DNA of 11,814 nt from a virus, in UHGV virus genome UHGV-0249779. One strand, written 5' to 3'. Each line of letters begins with the position of its first letter. Position 1 is the first letter of the stretch. Of the stretch, positions 1 through 7,306 are shown piece after piece. The position numbers were made by a program, and so were the translations under genes. The notes under the pieces are model-generated. The model saw only the letters and a program-made list of their open reading frames with translations, searched no databases and was not told the origin of the DNA.

Positions 1-45
1 AGCGGATTCGCGTTTAAACTCTGCGCTGAAATTTCTTTTTTTCAT
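1..45 (-). CDS. IS3-family transposase OrfA, N-terminal 15 codons only (partial)
   Basis: ATG at 45 (minus) followed by MKKRNFSAEFKRESA; the ORF runs off the window. Confidence 0.6.
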   Translation of the reverse strand, partial: MKKRNFSAEFKRESA

Positions 46-117
46 TATGGCACCTGTGTTGTTCTGAGGTGAGCATATCACCTCTGTTCAGGTGGCCAAA
101 TTCAGTAAACCACTTCA
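1..117 (-). mobile_element. 5' end of an IS3-family insertion sequence (IS911-like), truncated by the window edge
   Basis: Minus-strand reading from 117 begins TGAAGTGG (IS3-family terminus) and runs into an ATG at 45 encoding MKKRNFSAEFKRESA, which matches my recollection of the IS911 OrfA N-terminus. The element continues beyond position 1. Confidence 0.65.
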
Positions 118-209
118 GATAACAGAAAGGCCGGGAAATACCCAGCCTCGCTTCGTAACGGAGTAGACGAAAGTGATCGTGCCTACGCGGATATTATCGT
201 GAGGATGCG

Positions 210-890
210 TCATCGCCATTGCTCCCCAAATACAAAACCAATTTCAGCCAGTGCCTCGTCCATTTTTTCGATGAACTCCGGCACCATCTCGTCAAAACTC
301 GCCATGTACTTTTCATCCCGCTCAACCACGACATAATGCAGTCCTTCACGCTTCATACGCGGGTCATAGTTGGCAAAGTACCAGGCATCTTTTCGCGTCA
401 CCCACATGCTGTATTGCACCTGGGCCATGTAAGCCGACTTTATGGCCTCGAAACCACCGAGCCGGAACTTCATGAAATCCCGGGAGGTAAACGGGCATTT
501 CAGCTCAAGTCCATTGCCGTCACTGCATAAACCATCGGGAGAGCAGGCGGTGCGCATACTTTCGTCGCGATAGATGATCGGGGATTCAGTAACATTCACG
601 CCGGAAGTGAACTCAAAGAGGGCTCTGGCGTCGTTCTCGTACTGTTTTCCCCAGGCCAGCGCCTTAGCGTTAACTTCCGGAGCCACACCGGTGCAAACCT
701 CGGCAAGCAGGGTGTGGAAGTAGGACATTTTCATGTCAGGCCATTTCTTTCCGGAGCGGGGTTTTGCTATCACATTGTGAACTTCTGAAGCGGTGATGAC
801 GCCGAGCCGTAATTTGTGCCACGCATGATCCCCCTGTTCGACAGCTCTCACGTCGATCCCGGTACGCTGCAGGATAATGTCCTGTGTCAT
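210..890 (-). CDS. exo: Lambda exonuclease (Red-alpha, 5'-3' dsDNA exonuclease)
   Basis: 226 aa ORF, near-identical from recall to lambda Exo ([20 protein letters not shown]...GFVFGEQWR). ATGA overlap with the bet stop. Confidence 0.95.
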   Translation of the reverse strand: MTQDIILQRTGIDVRAVEQGDHAWHKLRLGVITASEVHNVIAKPRSGKKWPDMKMSYFHTLLAEVCTGVAPEVNAKALAWGKQYENDARALFEFTSGVNVTESPIIYRDESMRTACSPDGLCSDGNGLELKCPFTSRDFMKFRLGGFEAIKSAYMAQVQYSMWVTRKDAWYFANYDPRMKREGLHYVVVERDEKYMASFDEMVPEFIEKMDEALAEIGFVFGEQWR

Positions 891-1672
891 GCAGCCACCT
901 TCTGTTCAGAGGCTTTCTGTTTCAGGAATCCAAGAGCTTTCACTGCTTCGGCCTGTGTCAGTTCCGACGATGCGCGAATGTCGCGGCGAAATATCTGGGA
1001 ACAGAGCGGCAATAAGTCGTCATCCCATGTTTTGTCCAGGGCAATCAGCAGAGTGTTAATCTCCTGCATGGTTTCATCGTTAACCGGAGTGATGTCGCGT
1101 TCCGGCTGACGTTCTGCAGTGTATGCGGTATTTTCGACAATGCGCTCGGCTTCATCCTTGTCATAGATACCAGCAAATCCGAAGGCCAGACGGGCACACT
1201 GAATCATGGCTTTATGACGTAACATCCGTTTGGGATGCGACTGCCACGGCCCCGTGATTTCTCTGCCTTCGCGGGTTTTGAATGGTTCGCGGCGGCATTC
1301 ATCCATCCACTCGGTAACGCAGATCGGATGATTACGGTCCTTGCGGTAAATCCGGCATGTGCAGGATTCATTGTCCTGCTCAAAGTCCATGCCATCAAAC
1401 TGCTGGTTTTCATTGATGATACGGGACCAGCCATCAACGCCCACCACCGGAACGATGCCGTTCTGCTTGTCAGGGAAGGCGTAAATTTCTTTCGTCCACG
1501 GATTAAGGCCGTACTGGTTGGCGACGATCAACAATGCGATGAACTGCGCATCGCTGGCATCACCTTTAAATGCCGTCTGGCGAAGAGTGGTGATCAGTTC
1601 CTGTGGGTCGACAGAATCCATGCCGACACGTTCAGCCAGCTTCCCTGCCAGCGTTGCGAGTGCTGTACTCAT
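887..1672 (-). CDS. bet: Lambda Bet (Red-beta) single-strand annealing recombinase
   Basis: 261 aa ORF, near-identical from recall to lambda Bet ([66 protein letters not shown]...). Confidence 0.95.
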   Translation of the reverse strand: MSTALATLAGKLAERVGMDSVDPQELITTLRQTAFKGDASDAQFIALLIVANQYGLNPWTKEIYAFPDKQNGIVPVVGVDGWSRIINENQQFDGMDFEQDNESCTCRIYRKDRNHPICVTEWMDECRREPFKTREGREITGPWQSHPKRMLRHKAMIQCARLAFGFAGIYDKDEAERIVENTAYTAERQPERDITPVNDETMQEINTLLIALDKTWDDDLLPLCSQIFRRDIRASSELTQAEAVKALGFLKQKASEQKVAA

Positions 1673-1677
1673 CCGTT

Positions 1678-1974
1678 TTATACCTCTGAATCAATATCAA
1701 CCTGATGGTGAGCAATGGTTTCAACCATGTACCGGATGTGTTCTGCCATGCGCTCCTGAAACTCAACATCGTCATCAAACGCACGGGTAATGGCTTTTTT
1801 GCTGACCCCGTGGCGTTGCAAATGATCGATGCATAGCGATTCAAACAGGTGCTGGGGCAGGCCTTTTTCCATGTCGTCTGCCAGTTCTGCCTCTTTCTCT
1901 TCACGGGCGATCTGCTGGTAGTGACGCGCCCAGCTCTGAGCCTCAAGACGATCCTGAATGTAATAAGCGTTCAT
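1678..1974 (-). CDS. gam: Gam, RecBCD (host nuclease) inhibitor, 98-aa short form
   Basis: [21 protein letters not shown]...[10 protein letters not shown] matches the lambda GamS sequence from recall. AGGAG lies 7 nt upstream of the ATG. Confidence 0.9.
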   Translation of the reverse strand: MNAYYIQDRLEAQSWARHYQQIAREEKEAELADDMEKGLPQHLFESLCIDHLQRHGVSKKAITRAFDDDVEFQERMAEHIRYMVETIAHHQVDIDSEV

Positions 1975-2049
1975 GGCTGAACTCCTGAAAATGGCTGTGA
2001 AAATATCGCCCGCGAAATACCAGGCTGATTAGGAAAACAGGAAAGGGGA

Positions 2050-2340
2050 TTAGTGATTCAGGCCGTTACCGCGTCCGTCGAGAAAAACTTCCACGAGCAA
2101 ATCACGGGTATAAGTGCGCTCGATGCCGCGATGCAGATATAGCCGTCCGCGTAAATTAGCTGATGCAGTCCAGGTACCATCTTTGTGTTTGACCAGCATT
2201 CCTGGCATGACCGCACCTCGATTAACGGTCTGCGTTCCGTAATGTTGATGAACCATAAAAACTCCTGCCCGTAAGCTGGGCTGCTGAACATATAGAGACT
2301 TCTGCGCGTATTCAGGCGGTGGATGGCCGCCGGTTGTCAT
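2050..2340 (-). CDS. Hypothetical early-left (PL operon) protein of unknown function; the ORF is open up to 2460 but only via a TTG with no SD
   Basis: The open frame 2050..2460 lies between the putative PL and gam. The first ATG is at 2340 (MTTGGHPPPEYAQ...) with GAGG about 10 nt upstream. No family recognised. It occupies the kil/cIII position. Confidence 0.45.
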   Translation of the reverse strand: MTTGGHPPPEYAQKSLYVQQPSLRAGVFMVHQHYGTQTVNRGAVMPGMLVKHKDGTWTASANLRGRLYLHRGIERTYTRDLLVEVFLDGRGNGLNH

Positions 2341-2541
2341 AACTAAGCCGCCTCGTTGAAGCGACTGAGGTATGAGGTGTTGAGTTGATTTCAGCTGGTC
2401 ACACCGACGTTCACACGTCCGTTTCACCCCTCGCACTCCCCGTAGCCTGCTGAAATTCAAGCTGCAGATCTAAGCGGTCATCGCAACGGTGAAGCGGTAA
2501 ATCAGAAGATTGCCGGATTCCTGTGCCGTTGTGATGGATTT

Positions 2542-2570
2542 ATAATACTTATTGCTATTAATCATATCAA
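2542..2570 (-). promoter_or_regulatory. Putative PL promoter with embedded OL operator
   Basis: Minus strand reads -35 TTGATA (2570..2565), a 17-nt spacer, then -10 TATTAT (2547..2542). The spacer TTAATAGCAAT closely resembles the PR spacer TTAATGCGCATT at 3995..4006. Confidence 0.5.
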
Positions 2571-2785
2571 TACGTATGGGTATAAATCGATAGCATTTGT
2601 TGTTATGCTGTTGATACTGAAAAGAATTTAATGTTGAGGTTTTTTGTGACATTCGACTCAAAATGGATTTTGCAATTAAATAACCAATTGATAACAATGA
2701 AAACATCACGGAGAACTAGATAGGCCAAATTACTTGCCACGAAGATAGTTGTAAGCGTTGATAACAATGGTATTGAGGAGGGATA

Positions 2786-2808
2786 CCCCCGACAATTGCG
2801 TCAGGGGG
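2786..2808 (-). terminator. GC-rich stem-loop immediately 3' of the lipoprotein gene (possible terminator or RNA-stabilising hairpin for the cI-lipoprotein transcript)
   Basis: CCCCCGAC-aattgc-GTCAGGGGG inverted repeat with one bulge. No clear U-tract on the minus strand, hence low confidence. Confidence 0.3.
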
Positions 2809-2814
2809 GAGGGA

Positions 2815-3195
2815 TTATTGGGCTTTAATGTAATTTTTCAACTTTGCAGTTTGCTCTACAGCGCTAGGAATGCATCCAAACATATTTGCGCATGAGGTTT
2901 GAACAACAATTTCGTTCTTATCGTTTCCTAAAGGTGTTTTTACAACCTGATATCCAAGCACGGCACTATTTCCAATAGGAGTGTATGTGGAAATTACCGT
3001 TTCATCTGCCATCTGAATTTTCCAACCAGAATTCATTGCTATCCAAGCTTTGGCTCTCGACCAATATGTATCGCATTGCTCTTTACCTTGACAGTAAACT
3101 GGTTGTTGAGCTTGTGCGGCAATTTGGGGATCTATTTTCTGAGCACATCCAGAGATGCTAATCAGAATAGCTGCTGTAACGAATAGTTTTCTCAT
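2815..3195 (-). CDS. Putative lipoprotein of unknown function, immediately downstream of and co-oriented with cI (rex-position moron)
   Basis: Starts MRKLFVTAAILISISGC: a signal peptide with lipobox ISGC. AAGGA lies 7 nt upstream of the ATG at 3195; the ATG at 3201 has too short a spacer. The gene is AT-rich relative to its phage neighbours. The 41-bp gap to the cI stop suggests co-transcription from PRM. Confidence 0.7.
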   Translation of the reverse strand: MRKLFVTAAILISISGCAQKIDPQIAAQAQQPVYCQGKEQCDTYWSRAKAWIAMNSGWKIQMADETVISTYTPIGNSAVLGYQVVKTPLGNDKNEIVVQTSCANMFGCIPSAVEQTAKLKNYIKAQ

Positions 3196-3242
3196 TGACA
3201 TTTCCTTTGTTTTGAATATACAACAAATAAATTGGCAAAAAA

Positions 3243-3935
3243 TTATCCGTGTTTTCTATATGTCTGCGGCATGCTTCCAATGACTTTACCGAAGATGAAC
3301 ACCCGGTTCATCTCGTCTTTCTCGATCGGGTCCCACGGTGAGTAGCTCTTGTTATCAGAGATAACCAGCAGCTTATCCTTCATCATTTGCAGGCGCTTTA
3401 CATGGGCTGTGTCGTCGTACAGAAACGCATAGATACCATCACCGTCGAAAGATTTAACAGTGATATCAACGAACAAAAGATCACCTGGTTCGATCGTTCC
3501 TGACATGCTGTCACCGCGTACGTTAATGATGCGGATATTTTCTGCCTTCCTGCCATCGAACATGTGACGAGCATCGTCAAACGAGTACTCAACCGAGCGT
3601 AGAACTTCTACAAACTCACGATTGATGACACCCGGCCCGGCACTGACTTCTATATCAAGAACGTCAATCTTGAAGTATTTGGAATGGCTGACAGCAGGCT
3701 TCCCTGATTGTTGACCGTCATTTCTCATCGGGCCTATGCCTGATGAGAGCCACTCTGTTCGAACACCCAATGCATTAGCTATTTCAACAATTTTTGTTGA
3801 GCCGCGCGCGTTGCCGCTTGTCAGTCTCCAGATTGTGGGTTGAGCTACGCCAGACGCCTTTGCAAGAGCGCCTTGAGACATTCCAGATTGTTCCATCGCT
3901 AGGTTTAAGCGATCAGCAAGAGTTTCTTTTTTCAT
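3243..3935 (-). CDS. cI: CI-type prophage repressor (N-terminal HTH, C-terminal LexA-like S24 autopeptidase domain)
   Basis: HTH-like segment MSQGALAKASGVAQPTIWRL. C-terminal domain carries the GDSM serine motif and a downstream lysine (HVKRL), typical of S24 self-cleaving repressors. The ATG at 3935 is preferred over the TTG at 3971. A TATAAAT -10 sits 8 nt upstream of the ATG, consistent with a leaderless PRM transcript as in lambda. Confidence 0.85.
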   Translation of the reverse strand: MKKETLADRLNLAMEQSGMSQGALAKASGVAQPTIWRLTSGNARGSTKIVEIANALGVRTEWLSSGIGPMRNDGQQSGKPAVSHSKYFKIDVLDIEVSAGPGVINREFVEVLRSVEYSFDDARHMFDGRKAENIRIINVRGDSMSGTIEPGDLLFVDITVKSFDGDGIYAFLYDDTAHVKRLQMMKDKLLVISDNKSYSPWDPIEKDEMNRVFIFGKVIGSMPQTYRKHG

Positions 3936-4045
3936 AAGTTTTAATTTATACGCTTGCGTATTGATGGTCAAAACACGTTTTGCTATTGATTGGGTTAATG
4001 CGCATTGCTATTATCTATTCATTGTAATACCAATAGGAATTGATA
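3936..4045. promoter_or_regulatory. Divergent immunity control region (OR operators, PR and PRM)
   Basis: PR candidate on the plus strand: -35 TTGATT (3986..3991), 17-nt spacer, -10 TATTAT (4009..4014). Three palindromes: TACGCttGCGTA (3949..3960), CAAAACacGTTTTG (3969..3982) and the perfect AATGCGCATT (3997..4006) inside the PR spacer. PRM -10 TATAAAT lies on the minus strand at 3950..3944. Confidence 0.6.
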
Positions 4046-4273
4046 ATGACAAATCAAACCATTCAACTCGCAATCAGTATTACAGGTAGTCAAAAACGAC
4101 TGGCAGATCTCTGCGGTGTAGCCCAACCCACGGTTTGGCGTTGGCTACACGGTGGCGGAATTGATGCCCGCTATGTAATGAAAATTGTCTCAGCCACTGG
4201 TGGAAAGATTAAACCAGCAGATATTCGTCCCGACCTCGCACCATTGTTTAACGTGAGTAATTCTTCCGCCTAA
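4046..4273 (+). CDS. cro: Cro-like HTH regulator (YdaS/DUF1019-like)
   Basis: 75 aa from the ATG at 4046, with AGGAA 8 nt upstream; the track's 4040 start is a TTG. The pattern QKRLADLCGVAQPTVWRW...ATGGKIKPADIRPDL resembles YdaS-type Cro proteins. First gene rightward of PR. Confidence 0.75.
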   Translation: MTNQTIQLAISITGSQKRLADLCGVAQPTVWRWLHGGGIDARYVMKIVSATGGKIKPADIRPDLAPLFNVSNSSA

Positions 4274-4303
4274 TCTGCGGAGTTAACTGATAAGGCAATT
4301 ACT

Positions 4304-4843
4304 ATGCAACCAATTACATACCAACAGACTAGCGGATTTATCCCGACTGCGGTGATAAATCGTTCTCAAATAAAACAGGTGCCAGGCCACGAAAAAATCC
4401 GTGATGCCGTCCGCGCCTGGTCGGCTGCAGATAATCAGGATGTCGTTGCCGCACTCATTGTGAATGAGTATCGAGCACAGGGCGGCGGCACTATCGATTT
4501 TCCTGATGATGTCAGTCGTGCACGCCAGAAGCTGTTCCGCTTTCTCGATAACAAATTCGATTCTGAAAAATACCGAAATAACGTGCGTGAACTGACTCCA
4601 GCAATTCTGGCAGTACTACCGCTGAAATATCGCGGCCACCTGGTTGAGCAGGATAGCTTCATGGCTCGGCTGGCTGAAATGGAAAAGGAACTCAGTGAGG
4701 CAAAACAGGCTGTCATTCTCAACGCACCACGCCACCAGAAACTGAAGGAGATGAGTGAAGGCATTGTGTCGATGTTTCGTGTGGACCCGGATCTGGCTGG
4801 TCCATTAATGGCGATGGTGACCACCATGCTGGGGGCAATATGA
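4304..4843 (+). CDS. CII-position regulatory protein, YdaT-like
   Basis: 179 aa. Motifs NEYRAQGGG and LTPAILAVLPLKYRGHL match my recollection of Rac-prophage YdaT. Position is directly after cro and before the replication genes. Confidence 0.6.
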   Translation: MQPITYQQTSGFIPTAVINRSQIKQVPGHEKIRDAVRAWSAADNQDVVAALIVNEYRAQGGGTIDFPDDVSRARQKLFRFLDNKFDSEKYRNNVRELTPAILAVLPLKYRGHLVEQDSFMARLAEMEKELSEAKQAVILNAPRHQKLKEMSEGIVSMFRVDPDLAGPLMAMVTTMLGAI

Positions 4844-4929
4844 CAGGTTCAGAAATGGCGAAAGTCGGTCTGCGGGAACAGAACCGACTTTCAGGTGCAA
4901 ATCGTAACACACTCATTGCGGGAGGAATT

Positions 4930-5859
4930 ATGGCAAACACTGCTGAGATATTCAATTTTCCAGTGCCGGATGCGGCACAAAAGGAGCCGCGCGTGGCAGA
5001 TCTCGATGATGGTTATACGCGCATTGCAAATGAGTTGCTGGAAGCTGTGATGCTGGCCGGATTAACACAGCACCAGCTTCTGGTCTTCCTGGCTGTCATG
5101 CGCAAAACATATGGCTTTAATAAAAAACTGGATTGGGTGAGCAACGAGCAACTGTCCGAATTGACCGGGATATTGCCGCACAAGTGTTCTGCTGCAAAAA
5201 GTGTTCTGGTAAAGCGTGGGATTTTGATTCAGAGCGGGCGGAATATCGGTATTAATAATGTGGTCAGTGAATGGGCAACATTACCCGAATCAGGTAAGAA
5301 AAATAAAGTTTACCTGAAAGAGGTAAATTTACCTGAATCAGGTAAGAAAAGTTTACCCAAATCAGGTAAAGGCGTTTACCCGAATCAGGTAAACACAAAA
5401 GACAAACTAACAAAAGACAATATAAAACCTTTTTCGTCCGAGAATTCTGGCGAATCCTCTGACCAACCAGAAAACGATCTTCCTGTGGTGAAACCAGATG
5501 CTGCAATTCAGAGCGGCAGCAAGTGGGGGACAGCAGAAGACCTGACCGCCGCAGAGTGGATGTTTGACATGGTGAAGACCATCGCGCCCTCAGCCAGAAA
5601 ACCGAATTTTGCAGGGTGGGCTAACGATATCCGCCTGATGCGTGAACGTGACGGACGTAACCACCGCGACATGTGCGTGCTGTTCCGCTGGGCATGCCAG
5701 GACAACTTCTGGTCCGGTAACGTGCTGAGTCCGGCCAAACTCCGCGACAAGTGGACCCAGCTCGAAATCAACCGAAACAAGCAACAGGCTGGCGTGACAG
5801 CCGGCAAACCAAAACTCGACCTGACGAACACTGACTGGATTTACGGGGTGGATTTATGA
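4930..5859 (+). CDS. O: Replication initiator O (mosaic: distinct N-terminal iteron-binding domain, lambda-identical C-terminal P-interaction domain)
   Basis: Start preferred at ATG 4930 (GGAGG upstream; MANTAEIFNF aligns with lambda O MTNTAKILNF). The C-terminal roughly 110 aa (SKWGTAEDLTAAEWMFDMV...DWIYGVDL) match lambda O from recall. The track ORF extends to 4840. Confidence 0.9.
   Translation: MANTAEIFNFPVPDAAQKEPRVADLDDGYTRIANELLEAVMLAGLTQHQLLVFLAVMRKTYGFNKKLDWVSNEQLSELTGILPHKCSAAKSVLVKRGILIQSGRNIGINNVVSEWATLPESGKKNKVYLKEVNLPESGKKSLPKSGKGVYPNQVNTKDKLTKDNIKPFSSENSGESSDQPENDLPVVKPDAAIQSGSKWGTAEDLTAAEWMFDMVKTIAPSARKPNFAGWANDIRLMRERDGRNHRDMCVLFRWACQDNFWSGNVLSPAKLRDKWTQLEINRNKQQAGVTAGKPKLDLTNTDWIYGVDL
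5281..5393. repeat. Replication origin iterons: five 18-bp direct repeats, each an internal inverted repeat (TTACCyrAAtCAGGTAAr)
   Basis: Copies at 5281..5298, 5310..5327, 5329..5346, 5353..5370 and 5376..5393, inside the O coding sequence as in ori-lambda. The sequence differs from lambda's iterons. Confidence 0.85.
5394..5440. other. AT-rich DNA-unwinding region of the origin
   Basis: An A-rich tract (cacaaaagacaaactaacaaaagacaatataaaacctttttcg) immediately right of the iterons, matching the lambda ori layout. Confidence 0.6.
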
Positions 5860-6557
5860 AAAACATCGCCGCACAGATGGTTAACTTTGACCGTGAGCAG
5901 ATGCGTCGGATCGCCAACAACATGCCGGAACAGTACGACGAAAAGCCGCAGGTACAGCAGGTAGCGCAGATCATCAACGGTGTGTTCAGCCAGTTACTGG
6001 CAACTTTCCCGGCGAGCCTGGCTAACCGGGATCAGAACGAACTGAACGAAATCCGCCGCCAGTGGGTTCTGGCTTTCCGGGAAAACGGGATCACCACAAT
6101 GGAACAGGTTAACGCAGGAATGCGCGTAGCCCGTCGGCAGAATCGACCATTCCTGCCATCACCCGGGCAGTTTGTTGCATGGTGCCGGGAAGAAGCATCC
6201 GTTATCGCCGGACTGCCAAACGTCAGCGAGCTGGTTGATATGGTTTACGAGTATTGCCGGAAGCGAGGCCTGTATCCGGATGCGGAGTCTTATCCGTGGA
6301 AATCAAACGCGCACTACTGGCTGGTTACCAACCTGTATCAGAACATGCGGGCCAATGCGCTTACTGATGCGGAATTACGCCGTAAGGCCGCAGATGAGCT
6401 TGTCCATATGACTGCGAGAATTAACCGTGGTGAGGCGATCCCTGAACCAGTAAAACAACTTCCTGTCATGGGCGGTAGACCTCTAAATCGTACACAGGCT
6501 CTGGCGAAGATCGCAGAAATCAAAGCTAAGTTTGGGCTGAAAGGAGCAAGAGCATGA
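5856..6557 (+). CDS. P: Replication protein P (DnaB helicase loader)
   Basis: 233 aa, near-identical from recall to lambda P (MKNIAAQMVNFDREQMRRIANNMPEQYDEKPQVQQ...). ATGA overlap with O. Confidence 0.95.
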   Translation: MKNIAAQMVNFDREQMRRIANNMPEQYDEKPQVQQVAQIINGVFSQLLATFPASLANRDQNELNEIRRQWVLAFRENGITTMEQVNAGMRVARRQNRPFLPSPGQFVAWCREEASVIAGLPNVSELVDMVYEYCRKRGLYPDAESYPWKSNAHYWLVTNLYQNMRANALTDAELRRKAADELVHMTARINRGEAIPEPVKQLPVMGGRPLNRTQALAKIAEIKAKFGLKGARA

Positions 6558-6838
6558 CGGGCAAAGAGGCAATTATTCATTACCTGGGGACTCATAAGAA
6601 CTTCTGTGCGCAGGACGTTGCCGCGGTAACAGGCGCAACCGTAACCAGCATAAATCAGGCTGCGGCTAAAATGGCGCGGGCAGGAATCCTGGTCGTTGAT
6701 GGTAAGGTCTGGCGAACGGTGTATTACCGGTTCGCTACCAGAGAAGAACGGGAAGGAAAGGTGAGCACGAATATGATTTTTAAGGAGTGTCGCCAGAGTG
6801 CCGCGATGAAACGGGTATTGTCGGTATACAGAACTTAG
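6554..6838 (+). CDS. ren: Ren (Rex-exclusion resistance) protein
   Basis: 94 aa, MTGKEAIIHYLGTH...VWRTVYYRFATREEREGK, closely matching lambda Ren from recall. Confidence 0.85.
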   Translation: MTGKEAIIHYLGTHKNFCAQDVAAVTGATVTSINQAAAKMARAGILVVDGKVWRTVYYRFATREEREGKVSTNMIFKECRQSAAMKRVLSVYRT

Positions 6839-7014
6839 CATCGAAGGCCTATTGTTTTCGACAGGAGGCCATCGAAATGACACTATGGTACCGTCTTTAC
6901 CCACCGCCTTCTGCTAAGTTTAGGAATACAAGATGTTGCTGCCGTTAAAAAATAGTCGTAATTTCTATTAGAATTTGGGCAATATAACCAGCACATAGAT
7001 AAGGGAGTCGTTTT

Positions 7015-7263
7015 ATGCACGAACTATTTGTGCTGGTTTTGAGCACCTGTGCTAGCCTCAGCAATATGTCAGGTTGTTCAGTGGAAGTAGTGAATGTCAA
7101 CACCACAAAAGAGCCGGTAAACGTCTTTTATAGCAGGAAAGACTGCGAAGAAAGCATGAAAAACATTATGCTAAATCATGCTCTATACCATGAAGTATCA
7201 GGCAGAGAGCCATATATGGCAAAGTGCGAACAAGTATTTGTCTCAAAAAGTTTAATGAAATAA
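7015..7263 (+). CDS. Hypothetical small protein (82 aa), first gene of an AT-rich insertion
   Basis: AAGGGAG lies 7 nt upstream of the ATG. Low GC by eye compared with flanking ren and ybcN. Cysteine-containing with a hydrophobic N-terminus; no family recognised. Confidence 0.5.
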   Translation: MHELFVLVLSTCASLSNMSGCSVEVVNVNTTKEPVNVFYSRKDCEESMKNIMLNHALYHEVSGREPYMAKCEQVFVSKSLMK

Positions 7264-7306
7264 TTGGCCAAAAACGACATATAACAAAATCTTATAGGAG
7301 CTTAAC

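Noticed and set aside
219-1946. Plus- and minus-strand ORFs overlapping exo, bet and gam (219..530, 816..1109, 877..1059, 1204..1437, 1235..1705, 1518..1790, 1632..1946)
   Set aside because: They are antisense or out-of-frame shadows of the lambda-type exo, bet and gam genes, whose identity is unambiguous.
1975-2049. Long (138-aa) Gam isoform
   Set aside because: No in-frame start is available upstream of the ATG at 1974, so only the 98-aa form appears to be encoded.
2058-2291. 77-aa ORF in an alternative minus-strand frame
   Set aside because: It overlaps the more plausible 2050..2340 frame on the same strand. Only one can be coding, and the other has an ATG with a Shine-Dalgarno.
2470-2709. 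79-aa ORF on the minus strand in the AT-rich region
   Set aside because: It spans the putative PL promoter and operator, has no Shine-Dalgarno, and has the low-complexity composition typical of chance ORFs in AT-rich DNA.
3936-3971. Longer cI beginning MTINTQAYKLKL
   Set aside because: That start is a TTG inside the operator region. The ATG at 3935 is preceded by a leaderless-type -10 element as in lambda PRM.
4840-4929. Longer O beginning MTGSEMAKVGLREQ
   Set aside because: The ATG at 4930 has a GGAGG upstream, and the protein aligns with the lambda O N-terminus from that methionine. The upstream ATG overlapping the preceding stop cannot be fully excluded.
5281-5393. Possible CRISPR-like repeat array
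   Set aside because: The repeats are 18 bp with 1-11 bp spacers and lie inside the O gene. This is the iteron pattern of a lambdoid origin, not a CRISPR array.
3398-6904. Shadow ORFs inside cI, the cII-like gene, O and P (3398..3592, 4435..4827, 4719..4955, 5264..5506, 5508..5831, 5590..5784, 5768..5977, 6172..6411, 6338..6904)
   Set aside because: They overlap well-supported genes in other frames or on the opposite strand. The compositions are odd (Arg/Ser/Cys-rich) and none has a convincing start context.
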